Shown: positions 38,161 through 49,914 of the stretch, one piece after another
Position numbering within the stretch: the stretch's first letter is position 1
Layout: each line of letters starts with the position of its first letter
Assembly (NCBI GenBank): GCA_051047955.1
Contig: JBPGPT010000028.1
Coordinates: forward strand, 124,001-188,000
Length of the DNA stretch: 64,000 nucleotides
Reading direction: 5' to 3'
Origin: Cystobasidiomycetes sp. EMM_F5
Taxonomy: Eukaryota
The notes under the pieces: model-generated
The model's database searches: none
Seen by the model: the letters and a program-made list of their open reading frames with translations, nothing else
Told to the model about the DNA's origin: nothing
Made by a program: the position numbers and the translations under genes

Positions 38161-41100
38161 TCACTTGATACCGTGCGGATACTTGCGGATCTCCTCCGCA
38201 CAGAGCCTGAGCCAGAGCGATTCTGCAACAACGCTCGGATCCGCACTCAGCTTCATCTCCGCACACTGTTGCTGACTCCATGCGAGTATATCATCCTGCC
38301 CCGCTCGGGTGCCCTTGAAGAGGATAATGCCCACTTCCATGAGGATGTAGAGCACAATATCGAAATTACCGCCCTTGTATTCCAAGCACTTCGATGCTGG
38401 GCTTCTCGAAAACCCAAAACCCTTACGAATAGCTTGGAAGGCTGTTCGCTGGAATTCACGCATGTCAGCCATCAATGTCGAGTCGTGGCGCCGTCTAGCC
38501 CACCTCGGTAGCGTGTTCAGTAGAGAACAGCAAGGGGCTGCAAATAAAGAAGAGAGGTGTAAACAGCTGTTATAACATCACTCAGACCTCCTGCAAGTCA
38601 AAGACATGTCGGTGCGCAATATGACGCACCTTCTCGCCGCTGATAACGGACTTGCCATCAAGGTTCATCCTATCTTGTACCAAGTAGTACAATCTCCACA
38701 TTATGCCCTTAGCTTTATCCTCCACTACTTCAGCATACGTAATACCATTGTGCTTGACAGACAGCTTTACAGGGCGCGTGATGAAATCGACCTTTGGGTC
38801 CTTTAGCGCAATCATCTTCTTGAGAACCGGATCGCGTTCGCCAAAGGCCAAGCCTCCTTGATAGTGGAATGGATAGCCCTTGCCATGGCCGTTGTCTGCA
38901 AGGCAAGCCGCTGTATAGACGCGCAAACCATGTCGAGTGATGTCCGTCTCGTCAGCCTGTCTCTGGTGCTGAAGAAGCAGCGTGTCAACGGCTGCAACGT
39001 CGCATTCTAGTGTCATGACAGGAGTGATTTCGCGGTAGCCTTCCTGGTTGATCAACAGCATGAAAGAACCAACCTTGGGCAAGTCTTGCGGGGCGAAGAC
39101 GAAAGACGCATTGCTCAACAAACGTTGATGTCGGCCGCTTTTGGACGGTACGATGGAGCCAACTTTGGTGGCAAAACCTTTCAGAGGAGTCAATACCATA
39201 TTGGCGGCAGATGTAGCAGTGCCTGGTCTTTGGTTACGAGATGCACCATCGGCTCGCTTTTTGCGCGCTGCGGACTCAACAGCAGGCAGTCGAGGCAATG
39301 GCTTGCTTGATCCGAAGTCATATCGAGTCTTGCCGACACTCTTAGGCAGGGCAGACGGCTGTAAGCCAATTGCACTGCAGGACTTTCGTCTCGTCACGAC
39401 CGCTGCCGGAATCACTGTGTCATCGGGGTTGAGCACCGCTGCTATGCGACGTTGCTGATCATCTCCTAGAAAGGTGCGATTACCGTCCAAGCGCGACATG
39501 GCAGTATGCGGCCTGCCAAACTCGTCTGGACGTCTACGACCAGCTCTTCCGCGGCTTGGGCTGTCGTACACTTCATCGCTCGCATCAATCAAGTCTTGCA
39601 AGCCAGGCTGAATGAGCGAAGCCCCAGCAAGCCATTTGCCGGGCGGGCATGGTGCCGTAGAAGGTCTGCTCAGATGGCGCTGGGAAATTTTCTCCTTGAT
39701 GCGACGTAGAGCTTGACCGTCGCTAGTCTCCGTAATAGATACAGTGGTTGCAATACTGGCAACACGTCCAGCACGAACCGACGCCGTCTTTTCAGACATG
39801 GACATGGATGTATCGTCAAACGCTCCTGGCATTCGCATTTTGTTTAGATTTGTGCCAGCAATAGGAGAAGCTGGATTAGATACGTCTGCAGTACTCTCTA
39901 CCGTGGTCGCATTGCTGGTAGTTGCAGACAAGGGGAGACTAGTTAGTTGCGACGAGGATGGGTTACGGCTCTCTGCTGAGAGACAGTCTGAAGATTCGAC
40001 GCGCAGATCCAATTTGGCTGGTAGAAATCTAGGGGCATCAACAGTCTCTGCACGTCGTCGTTCAGTCAGAGAAGTCGGCGAATGCGATGCCGCGGAGAAG
40101 TATTCGGCCGAGATGAAGGATCGTGAAGAACTGCCCTCAGCGCCCTGTACCACCTCGTTAGCCGTAAGCTGCGTTGATGTCACTGTTGGCGGCAAGGCTT
40201 GTCCGGCTAACGGGAGCATCTTTAGCGTGGCTGCAAAAGATTCATAAAAGTCTCGCTCACCGCTTTCTGACATTTCGACCGGCTTGGCCTGATGAGGCCC
40301 CTGCTTCCACCACGAACGACAACCGTCGAGAAAGGTCTCGAAGGGATTGTTCTGCGCGCTTTCGCCATGGCGGTCATTCATGTACGTATACTCTTCAGCA
40401 GGATATACAGGGTTCATCTCCGTCGCCATTGCGGCTTCAGCAGACTTTGCGCGTGCGTGTGCCAGTCTTAGCAGCTTCTCTGCTGGTCCTTCCTCTCGTG
40501 TTACAGGCGGCGAAACCGAAGCTGGCTCGGGCGACCATCCCTCAGAAGCGGTTCTAGGAAGGCCATTTGAAGACCCGTCCGTGTTATTGGATGCAGTCGA
40601 GTCTTGCGTCTTTTTAGCGATGACACTGGGACGTGCCCAGACCGTTATCTCGCCGCTCGCAACGCCCTGAGGGATGACTGGACTGTCAGCCTCCACTACC
40701 GGAGATGCAGGGTACTGCCGTGGCGAGTCTGCAATAAGACGGTCGGCAATTGCTGGAGCATACGCTTTAGTATCGAGGATAGACTCTTCGACCGAGTAAT
40801 CATTATTATCGGGCTTCTCTTCCACATCGTCCTTCCTGATGTTAAAGCCGATTTGAGTAATCTTGGTTCTGGGCGGAGTCGACGTCTTGAGGCCCCTCAT
40901 TGACGGCTGGTCTATATGCTGCTTGTGAGAACAATGCCGATGCATCGTTGGAATACCAGAGAACGGTCCAAAGATGTCCTCGCTAATGCCTTCAGACGGA
41001 GAGTCATTGTCTGTGCTCATTTTGCTCGACGCAACAGACCCCTTTCCCTTAAACGTATGACGAGTCTTCTCCTGTTCCGCCTCCTTTGCCCGCATGGCTT

Positions 41101-42169
41101 GCTCCCAGTCCCATTTTACCGACTGAGCAGCTTGTTGACGCCATACTTCGACATTCTCAGCATTATTGAATCTCGTCTCTGCAACGACTTGACCACCACC
41201 ATCAAACTTGATAGCCCGAGGATTCTGCTTAGAAGACTGCATCTTGTGTCGCAATGCCGTGTGCTCAGCCATCTGATAACGATGGATCGACGAAGGCAGA
41301 GTACTATTGTATTCTGCAAGCTTCGACAGATTCTCCTCCCTGAGCAGCCGCGCCTCGCGCTCAGCAAGATTCTTTGATCTGACTGCGTTGAAATGTGCGC
41401 GTTCGGCTTCGAAGCGCGGTTTCTCTTTCGCATTCTTCTCGTTGATGGCTTGTTAGTAAGCAGGGTCGCGCGGCTTATCTTCTCGACTAGGCGACTCTGA
41501 TTCCGATGGTACATACGCTGCGGTTGGCCGGTCTGTCGTAGATGCGGCACGCTGCGGAGGGGACTTGGGCGGCGTAGGCCGAGTTTGTGTCCGGTCATAA
41601 ATGTAATGACCGCCAAAAATCCAGGGACCAGTACTGACTCTGATGGTGTTGAAAGCGCGACGTACATCATCTGGACCGATCAGAATAGGTTCGTCGGATG
41701 GCAGCTGGTTGTCAGAGGCATTCCGTGGTGCTTGACGGGGTCCTGCCTTTGCAACCGAGCCTTCTGGTGATAGCGCCGGGCTGCGATTGAAGCCAGAGTC
41801 CCTTAGAGCCGCCGAGGATGTATCGGCAGAATCCACGCCGAGACGTAGTCCCTCGTCCTTGTGCGAAAGGGGCGAAGTGATTTCGCTCTTGACGTTTGTG
41901 TTAGAGGATTGAGAGTGTGACAGCTTGGAGGTCTGAGCACCCTTTAGATTAGATGCGACTGCAGGTTGATCCGCCATAGCAGTCTTAGGAGAAGTGGCAG
42001 GCGGAGGTGATGGTGTGACTTCGCGAGCCGGAGGTGAACACCCTCCCTTGACACCTGGTCGGGAGACTGTAGCTCCAACACGCGAGAACACCCCTGGCTG
42101 GACCTGGCGCGAGAACTTGATGGCATCTACGGGCTGTTGTGGTGCCCTGTCTGGACGCTGAGGGTACAT
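38161..42169 (-). CDS. Large hypothetical protein: disordered N-terminus, globular C-terminal domain, internal in-frame TAA at 41453-41455
   Basis: ORFs 41453..42169 and 38582..41452 are in the same frame. The C-terminal domain (LLINQEGYRE...YPFHY...WRLYYLVQDR..GEK|LFTPLFFICSPLL) continues through two introns to a stop at 38161. Confidence 0.55.
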
Positions 42170-43069
42170 GTCGCCAGATGTGAGGAGTCGAGCGCCACAG
42201 CGACTTAGATAGCTCGATTGTGAGCCTATCTGTGGACACGGACATGTCGTCAGTCTACACCAAAGGTAAGCGCATTCAGGCTGTGAGGGTGACCTACTAG
42301 ATGCCGTCAATGACTAGACGGCGTAGTACATTTAGCAGATTAGAGTGGTCGTGACTGTCGTAAGCAGGTACCTCGTGAAACGGTGAGTGATATATAAAGG
42401 GCCTCTCGGAGTGGACCTGCGTAAGCCAGGTCGTAGTCGAGAGACGACGAAACGGATAGAGGTATGGACAGCAACGCCGGCGACACGAGGAAAGAGAGAA
42501 AGAGAGTTGGAAAACGGTCACAGTGGTGGATGAGTGGGAAACTACGACTCGCTCGAATATTTGACTATGACTGAATTTCTAGCTGTGAGGGGTTTCAAGG
42601 TGCGAGGGGCTATTACTAGACCCCTGGGCAGGGAGGAGCCTGAGAAGAGCAGGATGGATGCCTCACTTGCGCAAGACTGAACCAACACCAGCGCGAGTGC
42701 GAGGATTGTTGATTTATATCCGCGATAATGTCGAATCAAACATGTCACGACGGAACTGCGGCTGAATGAATGCGCTTTCCTGCACTGTCAGCCGGGCAGA
42801 TCAGTCAGTCGCGAGTAACAGAACATTCAATCAGTCTTTGTGTATCTGCTACGTCAATCTCGCTTTGTCGATATCGCTCCACCTCGTCTGCAAGCTGAAT
42901 GCAGCGACTGGGCATTCTGCGAGCTTGGACGATATTGACTCCGACACGCAGCCTCTTCGCGAGATACGCTGGCCATCTTTTACGCTGTCACAGGCATTCA
43001 CTATCGTCGTATCGTTTCCTTTCACGATATTCTGCTGGATCTTTGACTGAGCCTACGACAAGACTGAGC

Positions 43070-44831
43070 ATGGCGGCAGCTGATATTTCCACAGCCATGC
43101 CGACACTGCAGAATGGCATGACTCTGTATCCTTCGTCGACGTCGATGAATGGAAATGGCCATCTCTGCCAAAATGGACAAGTTGCGACCGAAGGTTCAAG
43201 TCGTGCTTCCCCAGTGCCAGCAGAAGAGGCACTTGCATCAACGAGCAGCAGTGCAGACACCGTCTCGCAGAATGGCAGTCATGGCAGCGTCCAGTCCGAC
43301 GCAGTCGATACGCTCAAAGCTCCATCAGCAAAGAGAATCAAATTGGCACACAAACTGAATTATCGAAAGGGCCTCTTTCTCGCGCCGATGGTGAGCATTG
43401 TCGTGCTGTTGTTTGTAACGAGTGGTCTCATGACTTGGGCGTCTATGATTCGCCTCGACAGGTTCGCTGCGGCACTCTGCCTACACGGCTCTTGTCGCTC
43501 AATTACGGAGCAAGCCTAGTATGGGGTGGGCATGTCAACATCTTCACATTTGAGTAATCAGATGTCTGACATGATTCGCCCGCTCATCGCAGGCCCGGAA
43601 ATCGTAGACAAGGCTATAATGGATTGCGAGCGTAAAGTCGATGGTGGGCATACAATAATATACTCGGGCGCTCTCAATCCTTACACGACATATCCCCGCC
43701 AGAGCCCTCCTCTACCATCTCATTCGTACACCCGAAAACTGGCAAATCAGTGTTTGAATGTCACCCTATCGAAAAGTCTCGCTTGATTTTCCAAGTCGGG
43801 TCTGCGGATCCCATGCTGGCTGTTCGTGCTGCCAAGGTAGTCGAAAAGGACGTCAGCGGTGTTGATCTAAACTGCGGGTGTCCAAAGGTATGTCTTTGTG
43901 AGGCAAATGTGCGTACAAGGCATGAGCTGACGTAGGGGTAAAACAGGACTTTTCCATCAAAGGAGGCATGGGAGCTGCACTACTATCCGATCCTGAAAAA
44001 CTATGTTCAATCCTCCGTGCTCTCGTGTCGGAACTCTCCGTCCCCGTTTCCGCAAAGATTCGCCTACTTGCTGAATCTGCTCCTACTCTATCGCTCGTTC
44101 GACAGGTCTGTCAGACGGGGATAAGTTGTCTTACTGTGCACTGTAGGACGCAGACTATGCGGCCTAGAGAACCTGCGCTGCTGGATAGACTGAGAGAGGT
44201 AGTGGACGAGGCGACAAGGTATGGCGTGCCTGTCGTTGCGAACGGTGATTGCTGGGGAGAGGGAGACAGGGACAAGATTTGCGAGCTGACGGGTGCGTCG
44301 TAGCATACCTGGTGCGTGGGAGTGTGACGGTTGCTGAGGGTTGAAATAACAGGCGTGACATCCATCATGATTGCTCGCGGCGCCGAAGCGAATCCATCAT
44401 GTTTTTCAGCACTCACACGCCATCCTCCCGGACTGCTCGATCCAGCGAGTGTAGTGATTCCCCTCTACACTCGCCTGGCCATGACGACGCACAACCACAT
44501 GCAGAATACGAAATTCTGCATCAATGCGATGGATCTGGCTGCTAGTAACCTTGCTCCGTATCCTGGCATCAAGGACAAGCGGAAACAGATGAAGGTTGCG
44601 ATGAGTCAGCTCAAGTCGTACGAGGGGCTGTGTGAGTTGGTGGGTGTCGATTATACCGAGGCGAGCAGAGTATTGACGGTGGAGGAGGTGCTGCCTGGGT
44701 TGAAGGAGAGGCTGGACAAGGAGGACAGGGAGGTGGAAGTCGATACGAGGGAGGATATTGCGGAGAATGGGGAGGATGGGCATGATGACGCGGAGAGACG
44801 GAGGAAGCGCCCTGCGGCACTCGCAAGCTGA
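43070..44831 (+). CDS. DUS2: tRNA-dihydrouridine synthase 2
   Basis: FLAPMV|RCGTLPTRLLSL, WGPEIVDK, LIFQVGSADP, GVDLNCGCPK, GGMGAALL, TVHCRT, VVANGD and MIARGAEANPSCF. Confidence 0.92.
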
Positions 44832-45159
44832 CCTCGACGGTGTGTATAAGAGTAATCTCTCTTTGTTGCCATATTATTGCAACTCTTCCCTGTTCTCCGG
44901 CTATTGTTTGCCACTTTCCGCATCCGTCGTTGCCGTCAAGTTGCAATTCCTCCTCTTCTTCAGACGACGACGAGGAGGAGGAGTAGCATTTCAAAAGGAC
45001 AGCGAGCACATCAGACACTCGCATCCTGGACGGGGACACCACTAACATCCAGCACATCGCATAGCCGCGTCACCCGTCAAGCCAGGATATCGATATCGAT
45101 ACAAGATAGACATATTACTCCATCACCCCGCTACTGGCTGGACACTCTCGCACTCCGCC

Positions 45160-48100
45160 ATGGCCAGTACAGCTTCCGACACCCAGCCCACCTACATCTT
45201 CCGGCTGTCGCGGTACTCGGATGACGGGGCACGGCTGTCGAAGCGAAAGGTGGGTGTGGTGTATATGCAGGGTATAGCGTTGACAGTGCTGATGCGATAT
45301 CGCAACAGTACGGCTTCACCGCAAAGACTGCCTCGTACAAGGACCTCAACTCGGTCGTGTTTGATGTGAGATGGTGACTGCGCAGTCGGGTCGTGCAGAG
45401 GCTGACGGTGGTTTACTGACACTCGTATCCTGACTAACATTGTCTCCTGCTCACAATACGCACCTTAATCTCATTATATCCCACGCCCTCCGCTTATCGT
45501 CCTCCGTGTGGCGATGCTCTCCGTCAAACTATCAACGGACGTCATTGGATGCCTGTCGATATACAGGGCATCATTACCCGCGCAGAGAACACATTCACCC
45601 TCGAAAAGGGGACTTACAACCTCATCCTCGTAAAGCCGTCTGACTCGAGTACCGCATCGAGCACGGAGATTGGCTTATCCAAATTGCCATCTCTAGACGA
45701 GGCGGAACAGTTTCTGTGCCATGCTTTCGACTCGTACAGTGACTTCAAACTACACCGCAAGAGTATTGCAAAGCTGCTGCCTGATGAAAAGGGTAGGAGA
45801 GTGGTCAACTTGTCCATCGTGACGCGGAAAGTGAAGCAGATGTTGGACGAGAGGGCAGTAAATGGTCGCGGTGTAGACGTCCCAAAAGAAGCGGACAGTA
45901 GTGTAGAGACGCAAGCTGCGGCTGGAGAAGGAATCCCACTCTGCATCGTCAAGGGCTATCCAGCTATCTCTGCGACCGAGGACCCCTCAGTCTCGCAGCT
46001 CCATCCAACTGAGCCGCTTCACTCTGTCGTCAACGACAATCTCGCAGAAATGCGAATGGAGGCGGAGCGAACACGAGATGAAACTGCTCGTATTGCAAAA
46101 CTGGTCTCGCAACACGTCGAGTCAGCCCCTTCGACCAACGTCAAGGGTGATGACGACAGCGTCAAAGGCAAAGACGTTCCTTTGCAGTCCCAAGAGAAGG
46201 ACAAGGCGGGTGTACATGATGCCATTACTAAATTCGCAAAGGAGTACATCGACATTAGCGGACTCATTCACGGTGTAAACTCGCAAGCACACGCCGCTTT
46301 TACAAGCAAGACCAATGCGCTCGTCGAGTCTCTTTCAAATGATGTCGAGACGGTAGTCGATGCTGTCAAGACGTTAGCCAACGTCCCGGCCGAAGTCACA
46401 AAGCCAGTGTTCGAGTCACTTGGTGAAGCGCTCCATGACGCTTCTCAGCGTGTCGAAGCTGCTCGAACAAATGCCTGTGCGCCCTTTAAGGCTCGATCAA
46501 CTGGATGTACGCCATTCAAGCCGTCTGGCCCAACTCTGGCGGCTCCACAGCCCTCTGCTGCTCCTTCGCCTAAAGCAAATGAGAAGAGCGACGATGACCT
46601 TGCGAATGCCATGTCTGCTGCTGCAGACAAGTTCGAGTATCGCGACACTACATCACGCGGTCTTGCAACTCCACATCGATTCTCTGCTGGTCCCTCACAG
46701 AAGGGCGCAAGTTTCTTCAATGGTCGTCCTGCCGACTCAAAGTCGCCAAGGGACACATCGCAGTACGGCCATGCTTTCGACTCGTATGCGAAGCGGTACT
46801 CGCCATTTGCATTGCTCGGGCCTGGGTCGCAAATGTTGCACGAGCGGCCTGTTGAGCCTCCCACTTTCCCATGTGAAGCGGAACCGCCTTGCTCTGGCCT
46901 TTTCGCAACAAAGGCTGAGCTCGTTAAACACATGATTTTCCATCCCAAGATTGAGCAAGATGCGGCCAGTGGCGAAAGGCCTCAGCAAGCCCCAGCAGCT
47001 TGCACGAATGCTTCTCGCAGCGTGTTCAGCCCACCGACGAAGGCCGACAAGGCTGGTTTGCAAGAAAGTTCTACCTGCGAGGCTGCGCAAGCGATACAAG
47101 ATCGAATGACCTTCCGATTCGGCCAGCCACGCAGGGAGTTGGAGCAGACGTCACGCGAAGAGTTGCGAGAGGCGATTGCTGCATGGCGAGACCACTATCG
47201 CTCGCGTGAAAGTCTGCGTACGTCTCATCGCAAACCGCCCCCACCACCACCTCGTCATGCTTCGCATGGTGAAAGGCCGGGACATGCACTTTGCTCGCAC
47301 TTTAGTGGAGCAACGCACGCGCTGCCTCCGTTTGGAGGCACAGCACTCCCTCCAGCACCTCGACCGATGTTTACGTTTGATACAGCAAAGTCTGATTGGA
47401 CCCCCAAGGCCGGTCCATGGAGTGCACCCGAAGCTGCCGCTGCTTTCCCACCCGTTAAGTTTGTGGCCAGTGCCGGCGCAATAACAAACAACAAGCATGT
47501 CGCGCTCAAGCAATCGCTGGATCGCTTTGTCGCTGACTTTAACGCTACATTGGGTGACATGTTTGGTGCACCCGCTGATGCTGGTGTGGAAGCGGCGAGC
47601 GAGAAGCAGGACTCGCGAGTCAGCGCACATCTTGGTGCTTCGCCTGTCTATGAAGGCGCTGCGCAGAAGGAAGGCTCGTCGACCACTGCTCCAGTAAAAG
47701 TAAAGGATGCAGGAGCGAGCGCTACACAGAAGGCTGAGAAGCACAAGCATCGCGCGACTTGTGATATGTGTAACGAGTGGATTGTTGGCATCCGTCACAA
47801 GTGTGTAGAATGCCCTGATTGGGATTGCTGCGAGAGCTGCTACACTCAAGTTCGGGACGCGCACCCGCAACACACATTTGCAAAGATCCACACGACTTCT
47901 GATCTCGGCAGCGTCATCAAGATGGATGTCAAGCACTACGGTATCTATTGTGATGGATGCAACAAGCCCATTACCGGTATCCGGTACAAGTGCACCCACA
48001 CCGCATGCTCCGACTTTGATCTCTGCGCGCAATGTGAGGCAGATCCAGTATCGTATGCTGTATCGCGCAAGATTGGAAATCATGAATTCAACTCGCATAT

Positions 48101-49452
48101 CATGCTTAAGATCCGCCAGCCCGTTGGTCGCTTTACTGGACGCTTCAGACAGGGAGCTGGCAATGGCCTCGTACAGGCTATTGGAAATGCACAGGCGTTC
48201 TTGGCACAGTACAGTGCTTCATGCGGCAAGAATAGCGTGTCGACATCAACACCGGACTCGCCACAGACTGTGGATGCTCAGACGCAGACTAGCATCAAGC
48301 AGGAGAAGCCATCTAAGCGAGAAGAGAAGGAGGAGGACGCTGGAAACATCGCGATCGCCGATGAAGCTCAAATCAATCCTGCATCTGAGAAAGACAAGTT
48401 TTCCAAAGTGTCGAGCCCCAAGAACAACACCCTGAATGACTTTTTCCGAGAATTGTTCAAGCCAGTATCTACCGCCGTTAAGGAGGTACAAGCTGAAAGC
48501 GTCATTGCTGTCTCCAACGAGCCAGATATCGTCTCGAACGAGCCAACCATTGCATCGGACGCAAAGTCAAACGAGGCAGCGGCCATAACTGACGAGATCA
48601 AGGTCGCTGCTATTGCGGAACCAGAGACGAATTCTGCAAATTCAGCACCGGCTGACAGCGATGTTGCAAAATTGGCAGAGTACGACGCCACCTGGATAGC
48701 AGTGAGTGCATAGACCTCTGATAAGCGAGCTCGAGCTGACTTGCGATGTACGCTTCTCCTAGGACGTCACATATGTAGACGGTGTCTCTGTCGCACCTGG
48801 AACAGTCTTCAACAAGATCTGGCGCGTCAAGAGCTCGGGTCGAACGGCGTGGCCTGCTGGAACTCGACTCCTCTGTGTTGGCGGGTTTGGCGCGCCGACT
48901 CATTCCGGCTCAGCTGCCGAAAGAGCCACTGTCTCGTATGAGGTTCAGTCTGCACGAGCAGGTGAAGAAGTCGATGTCATTGCACATGACATTACCGCTC
49001 CGGAAGTCGCTGGTCGCTTCCTGAGCTACTACCGCTTCGTCACTGCGGACGGCACTCGCTTTGGCGATCGCCTCTGGATTGACATTGAGGTAGTACAGAA
49101 CGATGGGGAACGTGCTATGGCCGCTAGCCGCGAGTCGTCGGAGCATTCCTCGTTGAACAGCTCGTCGGTGATTACCCCGTCTGTTCGAGTCAAGGGTGCT
49201 ACTCCGCAAGCAGACTCGCCATTGGCCGCAGCAGCCATGCTCCAATCTCGTACGCAGAGTACGGAGCCGACGACTGTATCGGCCGTCACATCGCCACGTT
49301 CGGTTCTTAGCGAACTCGTAGATGCCGAGTATGTCAGCTCTGCACACTCTGCCGTCGAAGGACCCGACGATGAGGACGATGACTTTGTCTTACTCTCCGA
49401 TGAGGACGATGACGACTTTGCTGATATTGCGAGCGTCTCGAGCTCGACGTAG
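45160..49452 (+). CDS. NBR1: NBR1-like autophagy receptor (ZZ-ZZ-FW domains, C-terminal AIM/LIR)
   Basis: Two ZZ fingers (HRATCDMC..IRHKCVECPDWDCC; HYGIYCDGC..IRYKCTH..DFDLCAQC), an FW domain (DVTYVDG..FNKIWRV..AWP..SYYRF..GTRFGDRLWIDI) and an acidic tail with DDDFVLL and DDDFADI. Confidence 0.85.
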
Positions 49453-49506
49453 GCATACCGAGCAATTGCGGGGATTCTGACTGGTCGGCTTAGCCGATCG
49501 TTTTCG

Positions 49507-49525
49507 ACACATACACACACACACA
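49507..49525. repeat. (CA)n microsatellite in the NBR1 3' region
   Basis: acacatacacacacacaca. Confidence 0.8.
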
Positions 49526-49914
49526 GGGTGTTCTTCTTTGTTCAGACAAGACTTACTAGCGCTCAATATACAAGAAGAACGAAAAGACTGCCAAGCCATT
49601 GCAAGATATTTTTTGATGACGACGATAACTTCATGCTAAATCTACAAAAAACAATGATACCTTTTCCTTGAGTGCCCGCTGTAGCCAGACACAGACTAGC
49701 TGTCTCGTTGTAGAATAATACTGATACTTCTCCTTTGGTTGCTGCTTGTGACTATGAATTGCCGGCTTACACGTTGACTTTCAACCAACGCCATGCGACG
49801 ATATCGATACCCGACCACGATGCCCTGAGACAAGGCCACACTACCTCGACGTCCAAGTCGATTAAAGAGCAGCCGCTGGGTCGATTAGCCAGTCCAATAT
49901 CGTCCATTGTCAAT

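Noticed and set aside
49735..49914. ORF-track extension upstream of the SPT23/MGA2-like gene, and the many short antisense ORFs
   Set aside because: Non-ATG starts and shadow frames of real genes, with no independent coding evidence.
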